Of a stretch of 64,000 nucleotides of DNA, positions 28,530 through 36,447 are shown piece after piece. The notes beneath the pieces were generated by a model. It was not told the DNA's origin, ran no database searches, and worked only from the letters and a program-made list of their open reading frames with translations. This DNA comes from a virus. The stretch lies in IMG/VR virus record IMGVR_UViG_3300045988_171102; one strand, written 5' to 3'. The stretch's first letter is position 1, and each line of letters starts with the position of its first letter. The translations under genes were made by a program, and so were the position numbers.

Positions 28530-28877
28530 TTACTGTTCGTACACATTGTACTTCAAAATTGCATTTCCTCTAACCTGATTATCAAGAATTTTTCCGTTGT
28601 AGTTATAATACTTGCCTTTTACGGGTTCATAACCAGCAAGCCAAGGGCAAGGGCATTTCTTGAAATAGTCCTTCTTTTTCCAGTAGACATCACCGTATGG
28701 ATTCTGCTTGTAGTAGTCATCCTCGATTTTCTGCCAGTCTGCAAGAATTTTCCTCTCCTGCTCGGTCAAATCCCTTTCGCCTCTCTCATAGATGGTCAAG
28801 GATTTTCCGTCATATTCGATTAACTTTGCTGGAGGAAAATCCAAACTGCTGGTCAATCCATCGGCGGTTTCAAGCAT
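28530..28877 (-). CDS. hypothetical protein
   Basis: ORF in track; its start overlaps the upstream stop (ATGCTTGA). Confidence 0.5.
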   Translation of the reverse strand: MLETADGLTSSLDFPPAKLIEYDGKSLTIYERGERDLTEQERKILADWQKIEDDYYKQNPYGDVYWKKKDYFKKCPCPWLAGYEPVKGKYYNYNGKILDNQVRGNAILKYNVYEQ

Positions 28878-29025
28878 AATTTTTTACAGTATTTACAGAT
28901 TGAATCGTTCTGATTCCTCTGTATCTTTCCGGGATTTCTTCTCCTGTTTTTCCATAGCGTTCCACCATTTCAAGTTTGATTTTTCCGCTTGCTGCATCTC
29001 GTTTAAAATCTGCAAGTGTTTTCAT
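28870..29025 (-). CDS. small hypothetical protein (51 aa)
   Basis: Own translation MKTLADFKRDAASGKIKLEMVERYGKTGEEIPERYRGIRTIQSVNTVKNYA. SD AAAGGAGAA upstream. Confidence 0.45.
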   Translation of the reverse strand: MKTLADFKRDAASGKIKLEMVERYGKTGEEIPERYRGIRTIQSVNTVKNYA

Positions 29026-29038
29026 TTCGTTTTCTCCT

Positions 29039-29293
29039 TTACTTACTGTAAATTAGTTTGTCGGCTATATCACGCCATTCAAAATTTATATTTAATTTTC
29101 CGTCACAAACATCCCATTGTTGTAACTCGCTGTTAAGTATTGCAGCTAAATCCGATTCCGGATTTTCGTCAACATTTTCAATTAAAGTATCAATTTTTCC
29201 ATCGTAAAAATTTCCTTGTTCCTCATAGTTATAAAGTACAATATTTTCCGTTGTTGTATCTGTTGCCATTTCTAAAAATTCTCTGATTGTCAT
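29039..29293 (-). CDS. small acidic hypothetical protein
   Basis: ORF in track; AAGGAGGAA SD upstream. Confidence 0.5.
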   Translation of the reverse strand: MTIREFLEMATDTTTENIVLYNYEEQGNFYDGKIDTLIENVDENPESDLAAILNSELQQWDVCDGKLNINFEWRDIADKLIYSK

Positions 29294-29320
29294 TCTATTA
29301 TTCCTCCTTGTTTATGTCTG

Positions 29321-29384
29321 GGTTGCCTCATCAGGCAGTGAGCGCCCATCTCACTGCTACGGGCTTTTTCTGCCCGTTTCGCCG
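29321..29384 (-). ncRNA. hammerhead-ribozyme-like core (type II topology); stem II not evident
   Basis: Minus-strand RNA reads C-GAA-ACGGGC(AGAAAAA)GCCCGU-A / GCAGUGAG(AUGGGCG)CUCACUGC-CUGAUGA-G. All core nucleotides are contiguous and the cleavage triplet is GUA. Confidence 0.35.
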
Positions 29385-29583
29385 ATATTACAACGTATTT
29401 TAATTATTTTTAAAATTCTTCTTTTATAAAACAGTAAACGGAACATCAAAAATTAGCGTGTTATAAAATGCAACAATCAATCACTGTTAAAAAAGGATTT
29501 TTGCGTAGCTCATCAACAATTTTTTCATATTCTAAATGTCGTTGATATTCAGACTCATTTAAAATATGACCAAACTGCTTTAT

Positions 29584-29841
29584 TTACATTTCATAAAAAT
29601 CAGTAACATTATGAGGGTAATATAATTTTATACCGTCAGTATATATGTTTCCCCTGTATTCATTCAAGCCGTTATCAGCTAAAACTTTATGCAGTGAAAA
29701 CAATTTTGAAGGCGGTAATTGCATAATTGGTGTTATCCCACGAATTACACCTTTAGTTTTAAGCGTATTAGAATTTTTTACAGTCCACGAATTTCTACTG
29801 ATTTTTATAGAATCAGTTTTTTCAATTTCTGTAATTTTCAT
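29584..29841 (-). CDS. hypothetical protein
   Basis: ORF in track. Confidence 0.5.
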   Translation of the reverse strand: MKITEIEKTDSIKISRNSWTVKNSNTLKTKGVIRGITPIMQLPPSKLFSLHKVLADNGLNEYRGNIYTDGIKLYYPHNVTDFYEM

Positions 29842-29845
29842 AGTT

Positions 29846-30178
29846 TTAAACCTCTTTTAATAATTCCGCCGTTTCTAATTCCAATTCATAATCCGTTATT
29901 TTATTTAAATAAGATATAAAATCACGCAAATAAATAATGGCATCCTCGCTCAATTCACATTGATAATTATTTATATATTTATATATAAGTTTCTTTAATA
30001 CAAAAGTTTCTTTTATATTAAATTTATATATAGTATATATTTCCATATTGGATTTATTTAGACTATTCCAATCAAGATTTGATATATCATCATTTCTATT
30101 CATATCAGTATAATTTGTAATTATATCATAGAATTTAAGTATTTTATTTTTAGATTCTGTTTTCATAAATAATTCCAC
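29846..30178 (-). CDS. hypothetical protein
   Basis: ORF in track. Confidence 0.5.
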   Translation of the reverse strand: MELFMKTESKNKILKFYDIITNYTDMNRNDDISNLDWNSLNKSNMEIYTIYKFNIKETFVLKKLIYKYINNYQCELSEDAIIYLRDFISYLNKITDYELELETAELLKEV

Positions 30179-30212
30179 CTTTATTTTTTAATTATTTTGA
30201 GTTTTCACTCTA

Positions 30213-30440
30213 TCATATAACTTCATCTGTAAGATTATTTAATATACCCAATAATGCGCAATAAGTGCATCCGTTTTTATTGTACAAGTCTGTTGTAAAT
30301 ATTTCCGTATAGTTATCGCTCTGTATAGCTTGCAAGATCTGTTTGAAAAATAACTTGTTAAAATAACGGATGTTGCTACACTCTGATTGTAATTCTGTTT
30401 TAACTGTTTTATATAATTGTTCAAATTTTTTTGTTGTCAT
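30213..30440 (-). CDS. small hypothetical protein
   Basis: ORF in track. Confidence 0.5.
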   Translation of the reverse strand: MTTKKFEQLYKTVKTELQSECSNIRYFNKLFFKQILQAIQSDNYTEIFTTDLYNKNGCTYCALLGILNNLTDEVI

Positions 30441-30446
30441 ATTATT

Positions 30447-30608
30447 TCAGCCTCCGATCATTACAAGAAATTTACAACAGTAATAAAAACTTAAATAGGC
30501 AGCAGTAAAAATAATAATAGCAATTGCAAGGAATAAACTAATTTCAAGTGTTACGGCTCTGTTATGTTGTTTTTTTCGGTTTACTATGTATTTCGTGGGC
30601 GTTCTCAT
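30447..30608 (-). CDS. small membrane protein (53 aa)
   Basis: Own translation MRTPTKYIVNRKKQHNRAVTLEISLFLAIAIIIFTAAYLSFYYCCKFLVMIGG. SD AAGAGGAGGAAG upstream. Confidence 0.45.
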   Translation of the reverse strand: MRTPTKYIVNRKKQHNRAVTLEISLFLAIAIIIFTAAYLSFYYCCKFLVMIGG

Positions 30609-30697
30609 TGTGTGTCTTCCTCCTCTTTAAGTAATAAAAAGCATTAAAAAAAGAAGCTAACACACAAGTTAGCTTCTTTACAATTTAGATTATTCAA

Positions 30698-31603
30698 TTA
30701 TTTATTTTCGGGTTTTCCGGCTTCAGTTTTTGTCTTTGAAGGCTTTTCAGCTTCTTTTTTCGGTTTATTTTCCTTTTCGGGTTTTATAGTTTTTGCACAA
30801 CTATTTTTACTCTTAATGACAAATTGTTCGTCATTGATTTTTGACTTTACAAGATTAAACAAGTGTTTTTCCATCTTTTTTTCACCTGCAAAAGTGATAA
30901 GTCTTTTGTTCTCGGCACATTTTGCGCAGCTATCAATAATGTAGTGAACATCTTTTTTGCTGACAAGTAAATTAAAGTCCGGAAGCATCAGCTTCAGAAG
31001 CTCAGCAAGTGCCTTTTGTATTGTATTAATTGAAACCGAAGAAGGGCGAAATACTGCAAAATCAGAGTCAGAATTAGTATTTGGCACATTTTCAAATTTT
31101 TGAATTGTTTTTGCTTCCTGCTGATTTTTTGCAAATCGGAAACAAAGAATATTAAAAAGTGTTAAAGCAAAATCATATTTGAGATCGGTCAAGTTTTTAT
31201 ATTTTGCTTTAATAGCTGCAAAATCAATAAATTTTGACTTTTCATTAAAGTTAAAGTCTTTATCAATTTTAATAAAGCCGTTCATAAATTCATTTTTACA
31301 AATAAATTCAATTAGGTTTTTGCGGTCATCTTTAAACCGTAAAACGATTTCATTGATCTTAAAATCAGAATAGTAGTTGTTGAAATCATTGCAAAAGTCA
31401 ACATTTTCATTGAACAAGTCAAAATCATTATTTTTTCTTGCGTATGTAAAATTGTTTTTGAGAGCTTCTTTAATGCCTTCAAATTCTTCTTGCGTGTGTT
31501 CCTGCTGCAAATTTGTTTTTTTATCAAATTCGCAAAAGGGATTAGCTGAATAAGTCAAAATGTTTTCGGTTGTTGCCGTTGTTGTTGTGTTAGTTTTTTT
31601 CAT
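30698..31603 (-). CDS. hypothetical protein with Lys/Glu/Pro-rich C-terminal tail
   Basis: ORF in track; SD AGGAGGTAA upstream. Confidence 0.5.
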   Translation of the reverse strand: MKKTNTTTTATTENILTYSANPFCEFDKKTNLQQEHTQEEFEGIKEALKNNFTYARKNNDFDLFNENVDFCNDFNNYYSDFKINEIVLRFKDDRKNLIEFICKNEFMNGFIKIDKDFNFNEKSKFIDFAAIKAKYKNLTDLKYDFALTLFNILCFRFAKNQQEAKTIQKFENVPNTNSDSDFAVFRPSSVSINTIQKALAELLKLMLPDFNLLVSKKDVHYIIDSCAKCAENKRLITFAGEKKMEKHLFNLVKSKINDEQFVIKSKNSCAKTIKPEKENKPKKEAEKPSKTKTEAGKPENK

Positions 31604-31940
31604 TTTTTGTTACCTCCTAAAAAATGAATAATAAAATATATTTATTGTTGTTTTTTCAAAATGATATAATTTACCTGCGGAATTTAGTACCATTTCTAAA
31701 AACAAAATGAATACAAAATGTAAAAATATGATAGATTTGAAATCTTTTAAAAATTCAATTTCATGAAGTTTTTTTGTTTGAGCTTCAAAAAATTCATTTT
31801 GCAGCCCGAAAAAGATTTTTTTGTCTATATTTTTCAAAGATCTAAAAAATAATTCAAGCACATTAAAATTAACGGATGATTTATTTTTTTTAATTGATGG
31901 GATAGGACTGATAGGCTCAACCCTTCAGAAACCGTTTAAT

Positions 31941-32141
31941 TTATTGAATTATAGGCGTTTTATATATTTCAGTTTCCCCATTATATGTAATTGCTATATT
32001 GTTATTTGAAGTATAATCCACCTCTAAATGTTTAAGTATATAAGACCCTGTAATTTTAACAGTACAAATGACAGTACATGCAAAAATAACAATTATTGCA
32101 AAAATTAATGCTATTTTTTTACAGTTACTAAAAGATTTCAT
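31941..32141 (-). CDS. small signal-anchor membrane protein; first gene of the leftward arm
   Basis: ORF in track; GGAGGT SD upstream; N-terminal hydrophobic helix. Confidence 0.5.
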   Translation of the reverse strand: MKSFSNCKKIALIFAIIVIFACTVICTVKITGSYILKHLEVDYTSNNNIAITYNGETEIYKTPIIQ

Positions 32142-32172
32142 TTTGTTACCTCCACAGTTTTTTTGATTATGT

Positions 32173-32201
32173 TTGACAAAGAATAAATAATAATGTATGA
32201 T
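32173..32201 (+). promoter_or_regulatory. sigma70-like promoter of the RHH gene
   Basis: TTGACA, 17-nt spacer, TATGAT. Confidence 0.55.
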
Positions 32202-32351
32202 ATGTTTTAGATTTTAAACATCTTTTTTTCCTTTTTGTCTACGACAATTATATCACAAGTTGTTACATTTTTCAAGCGTTATTTTATACAAAGATATAAC
32301 AACTTGTTATATCGGTTTTATATAAACTGCACAATAACAGAAGGTGATACA

Positions 32352-32573
32352 ATGACAATAAATAACAATAGCAATAACAATAATTTACAAAATAAAACTT
32401 CAGAAGCTCGAAAAAAAGCAAGTGCAAAATATACTAAAAAAACATATAAAAACAAAACGGTATATATTAAATTAACTGATTTAGAAAAGATTGACGCATA
32501 CCTTCAAAGCGTGGGTATGAGCTGCACACAGTTTTTTTATAAAGCGTTAAGGGATAATGGTGTAGATGTATAA
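32352..32573 (+). CDS. ribbon-helix-helix (CopG/Arc-like) DNA-binding protein
   Basis: Start moved to MTINNN, which follows SD GAAGGTGA. KTVYIKLTDLEKIDAYLQSVGMSCTQFFYKALRD fits the strand-helix-helix pattern. Confidence 0.45.
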   Translation: MTINNNSNNNNLQNKTSEARKKASAKYTKKTYKNKTVYIKLTDLEKIDAYLQSVGMSCTQFFYKALRDNGVDV

Positions 32574-32606
32574 ATATTATTGTTTATGGCAGGCAGGAAG
32601 ATAGGC

Positions 32607-32631
32607 AAGAAAAAAAGCACAAAAGTGCTTT
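32607..32631 (-). terminator. intrinsic terminator oriented for leftward transcription
   Basis: The AAAGCAC-AAAA-GTGCTTT hairpin has its U-run (T7) only on the minus strand. Confidence 0.45.
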
Positions 32632-34364
32632 AACAAATTAAAGTGTTATAAAAAATATAAGTATTTATTTCGTTGAAGTGCATTTATATATACTTATAAA
32701 TAATATAACTGTATAATCAATGAATGCACGAAGTCTTTTAATACTTTAATGTACTAAAGTGTTATAATAAATATAACTGTATTTTCTCCCGCTCCCACGA
32801 ACTTATAAAACAGCTCTTCAAGCTCTTTTCTTCTTTTCTAACTGTCCGCTTTTTGATGTTTTGTGGACAATTAACAAGTTTTTTAATGCCGATGAAGTAA
32901 GATAACGCAAGCTGCTAAAACAAATAAGAAACAATTTTTTTCAAATTTTAAGAATTAAAATAATCAAAAAACCTCCGATATTATCTATCTTTTTTTTGAT
33001 TTTCTTAAAGTTTAAAGTATAATGCAAAAGCAAAAAAATACAATAATTTATAATTCAAATTTCATAACGCTAACGCTTTATGCCGTACACTAAACGGCTA
33101 TATATAGGGGGGTAGTTTACATTCCCTAAACGATTTTCATTTCCAATAAAGGGCATAGTACACTCATCCAAATATTCGCCACCAAAAATCCAATTATGAA
33201 TTTCCCCACCTCCCCTATCTCTAAAATCCCCTATTTTTTACTCTTATATTTTTGACCACTTTTTTTCAACCAATTTAAAAATTATTAATGCTTTATAAAT
33301 TCCTTAAATACCGCATATTCAAGCCATTTTTTACTTATTAAACCTACACAACATTATTTTCATATTTAACCCCTTTAAACTTCCTTAAAACCTCATTGCC
33401 AAGCCATTTTCACGAACTTAACATAGAATTAATAAAAAAACGCAATTTTACAAATTATAGTATCCCCAATAATACAATTAATATATTCTTTAGGTTTTAA
33501 GCCATTTTTTAAATAATTTACGCTTTAAATAATTTCATAATCTTAATAGATTCAATATTCAAGTTCATTCCAATTCATTTTCTTAAAATACCGTATATCT
33601 AAATGCAAAAAAATACTTTATTTTTTTCAACTGCTATTTCTGTAACCATATACAACTTTTAACTTATTACTCTTATTTCCCATTATTGCTTAATAATCAT
33701 ATTAAAAAACAATTTCAATTCTTAGTTTAACCACTCATTTTTGTATGAAGTGGTCTTTTTATTTCTTAAAGATCTAATTAAACAACCACACTAACGCTAC
33801 AGTAAAATTACAAAAATTATTATGTCAGACAACAAATTGAAAATAAGAGACGAGTAAACTCGGATGTTATTTTCTGTTTGTTGTCGTAAACAGTTGTTGA
33901 TTGTTTTACCTTCAGGTGAAACAAGAAATGACTGTTTACTTTTATTGGCTTGGCAACAATTATGTGATAAGAAATTTATTTGTTATAATTCACAATAATA
34001 AGTATCTCTTATGCTCTTCATAGTCTCTATACGCTCTCAGATTGCAATGAACTCTCTTTTATGTAAAAAATACCCTAATACACCAATAACTTTGCTTACA
34101 ATCAATTTTTAAGCCTTTTAGAGCACATTCTGTTTTATTTAATTCTTTAATAATTACTTTTAAAAAATACAACATATCTCTATTTTGCTCTATTTTGCCC
34201 TGTATTCGATTTTTTGGTTTAGCAATGTAATTATACTATTTTTGTATTTTAGTTTAATACAAGCCAATTTTCGCAAGAATAGAATAAGTTTTGAACGCAA
34301 ATGCTTATTACATATTGATTTAATATTAATTTAATAATATTTTTTACTTTTTTTACTGAAACTA

Positions 34365-34392
34365 TTGCAATTTTAAAATTATCTGTTATAAT
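34365..34392 (+). promoter_or_regulatory. strong sigma70-like promoter with extended -10, firing rightward
   Basis: TTGCAA, 16-nt spacer ending in TGT, then TATAAT. Confidence 0.55.
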
Positions 34393-34410
34393 ATATTTTA
34401 GACATATCAG

Positions 34411-34426
34411 TTACAAGTGACGGTTA
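34411..34426 (-). promoter_or_regulatory. copy c of the 16-nt motif (TAACCGTCACTTGTAA on the minus strand)
   Basis: Plus strand reads TTACAAGTGACGGTTA. On the minus strand, TTGTAA is followed after 17 nt by TATTAT. Inverted relative to copy d. Confidence 0.5.
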
Positions 34427-34451
34427 AAGATTATTTGTATTTACATGTTCA

Positions 34452-34557
34452 GGATTAAATAAGCGTTAGCGTTTTAATCCGTTTAAGGTTTAATTATCGC
34501 TAAGCGTTAGCTTAGTGAGAAATAAACCGCAATCAGCCCCCGTAGCGTTAGCTACGG
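34452..34557 (+). repeat. three consecutive stem-loops sharing the apex AGCGTTAGC (GC-GUUA-GC)
   Basis: GGATTAAA(taAGCGTTAGCgt)TTTAATCC at 34452-34480; GCTAAGC-GTTA-GCTTAGT at 34499-34516; CCGTAGC-GTTA-GCTACGG at 34540-34557. Confidence 0.75.
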
Positions 34558-34621
34558 CACAAAAGAATGAATATATCTAACTAATAAGTTTTCTTATTGG
34601 TTTGTTTCTTTTTACTTATGT

Positions 34622-34637
34622 TCACCGTCATTTGTAA
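34622..34637 (+). promoter_or_regulatory. copy d of the 16-nt motif (TCACCGTCATTTGTAA), pointing at the rightward genes
   Basis: Read directly from the plus strand. TTGTAA is followed after 17 nt by TATTTA. Confidence 0.5.
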
Positions 34638-34731
34638 TTTATGTTTTATTTGACTATTTATTTTATTCTTTTGTTTCTTATTTCTTATTTTCTTAATTTT
34701 ATTTTGAATTTAAAGAAAGAACCAAAGAAAG

Positions 34732-34769
34732 GATTTACTTATTACCCCTAAAGGGGTAATAAGTAAATC
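34732..34769. repeat. perfect 18-bp inverted repeat (GATTTACTTATTACCCCT aa AGGGGTAATAAGTAAATC)
   Basis: Read directly. Flanked by TTTCTTAT repeats and an extremely AT-rich tract. About 200 bp upstream of the Rep-like gene. Confidence 0.85.
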
Positions 34770-34970
34770 TAATAATATTAAATTTCTTATATTTATTTCT
34801 TATATTATTTATATTATTAAATATATATTATATTATAAATTTATATTATAAATAACAAAAAGGTGTGAGTAAAAAACGAACACCGTATTAATGAACTTTT
34901 ATTTATAAAAGGTTGTGTGCAAAAAATAGTCGAAAAGTGGTTACAATTTTGTTACAAAAAGGATGATTGA

Positions 34971-35990
34971 ATGGTGTATACATATAAAAATGAGTTTGTC
35001 AATTTTAAGTTACTTGTAAATCAATCAGTTACTTCTAACATGACAATACCAAAAAACATTATTGATGAATTATTCAAAAATAAAAATGAAAAAGTTTGGT
35101 TTGCGTATTATGTTATGAGAGGGCTTGGGCGGTTAATTATGTATTCACAAGCAATACATAGTTGGAAGCAAGATAAATTTCAGGCAAGCAATCAAAAAAA
35201 TGGTAATAAGATTATTGCCGATTATTTTAATAACATAAGACTTATTGAAATCAAACGCAGCTTCACTGACTTGACCAAAGACATATTTGAGAATTTTTCA
35301 TTTTATGTAATTTTTGAAACTTTATTTCCTTTTGTAGATAGAAAGTTTTATAAGTCACTTGAGAAAATCTTTTTTGATGGATTAGAATATTTCATTAAAC
35401 AAGGTAAGATTGTACGAATTTGTAATCGTAGAATTGGTTATCCGTATTATCGGACTATGTATTGGAACATCACTGTTGATATAAAGCCAATTTACATTAC
35501 AGATGAGTTTGCAGATGAATTAACAGTTGAGACACTTAACTTACCTAATAATATTTTAAACACTTCTTACTCATTTAAATCTGAATGGTTAAGTCAATGT
35601 TTTAAGATTACCGAAGCGAATCCAATGAAGGCATTAAGGATGTCGAGAGTTTTGTGTTTTATAATAAATAAAAGAATTAAGCGATATCATAAAAAAATTG
35701 CATATCTATCATTTAGGACATTGAGCAACCTTACAGGACTTTGTGAACGAAGTATTAAAAATTATGTAAAAGAATTACGAGATAATAATTTACTTTATTA
35801 TGACAACTATATTTTAATTGCGAATCCTCTGAAGCAGGTGTGTAAGTATAGCAAAAATTTTTATTGCCTGCCTGAAGATAAAGACTATTTAGAGAAAATA
35901 GTTGAAAAATATAGAATTAAAAAAATTGAAGCAGAACAAAATACAAAAGCGAAACAACCAATAAATGAAATGATAGAAAATTTTGAATGA
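34971..35990 (+). CDS. putative replication initiator / DNA-binding protein with C-terminal winged-HTH
   Basis: ISFRTLSNLTGLCERSIKNYVKELRDNNLL is HTH-like. Sits next to the iteron/palindrome/AT-rich region. Confidence 0.4.
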   Translation: MVYTYKNEFVNFKLLVNQSVTSNMTIPKNIIDELFKNKNEKVWFAYYVMRGLGRLIMYSQAIHSWKQDKFQASNQKNGNKIIADYFNNIRLIEIKRSFTDLTKDIFENFSFYVIFETLFPFVDRKFYKSLEKIFFDGLEYFIKQGKIVRICNRRIGYPYYRTMYWNITVDIKPIYITDEFADELTVETLNLPNNILNTSYSFKSEWLSQCFKITEANPMKALRMSRVLCFIINKRIKRYHKKIAYLSFRTLSNLTGLCERSIKNYVKELRDNNLLYYDNYILIANPLKQVCKYSKNFYCLPEDKDYLEKIVEKYRIKKIEAEQNTKAKQPINEMIENFE

Positions 35991-36189
35991 GTCTTTTAAT
36001 ACATTATTTGGTATTTAGTGTAATTCACTTTAATGCTTTAGTGTGTTAAAGAGTTTTATGAAAGGTTGTGGTATATTCAATTACTTTTATTTAAATGAAG
36101 TTAGTTAGACACCTTTTTCAATTTTAACTAATGGGTAATTCAACTATTGAGACATTAAAAAACAATTTAGAATGGTCAGAAAGGATTGA

Positions 36190-36384
36190 TTGATAAATGA
36201 TTATGAAAGGAAAAGTAAAGTTACGAAAAATTTCAATTGCATATGGCACGATGTTTGCGAGGATAATTGTATGAATTGTGAATTTGGTGCGAACATAGAA
36301 GTTTTGGCTGAAAGAGAATATCGAGAAAGTCTAAACGAGAGACAGGAATATTACCTTGATATTATTGCAGATTTTAATGACTAA
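36190..36384 (+). CDS. small Cys-containing hypothetical protein
   Basis: ORF in track (TTG start). Confidence 0.4.
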   Translation: MINDYERKSKVTKNFNCIWHDVCEDNCMNCEFGANIEVLAEREYRESLNERQEYYLDIIADFND

Positions 36385-36447
36385 TAAAATTTAGTTTTAA
36401 AAAATAACATAATGAGATAAGATCTACATAACAACAGAAAGGAATGT

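Larger units (their letters stand above)
32574..34970. other. 2.4-kb ORF-free region at the strand-switch (regulatory / origin / ncRNA region)
   Basis: No ORF of 60 aa or more in any frame in the supplied track. Dense direct and inverted repeats, hairpins and promoter-like sites (see findings). Confidence 0.8.

Noticed and set aside
27833-28823. Plus-strand ORFs 27833..28291 and 28422..28823 in a minus-strand block.
   Set aside because: They overlap minus-strand genes that have strong SDs (27797..27964, 28004..28228, 28530..28877), and their translations look like low-complexity noise.
29335-29377. The GC-rich double hairpin read as a pair of intrinsic terminators.
   Set aside because: Neither strand has a U-run directly after either hairpin. 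The exact flanking by GAA-A, U-A and CUGAUGA fits a hammerhead core better, although this is still unproven.
31610-31861. 83-aa minus-strand ORF upstream of the 30698..31603 gene.
   Set aside because: There is no SD-like sequence before its ATG, and the composition is Phe/Leu/Ile-rich and AT-driven. It lies in what looks like a promoter/leader region, so it is treated as non-coding, with low certainty.
33300-33610. Possible CRISPR-like array suggested by the recurring AAGCCATTTT units.
   Set aside because: The units are degenerate, the spacing is irregular (80 and 98 bp), and there are no conserved 25-40-nt repeats or cas genes nearby.
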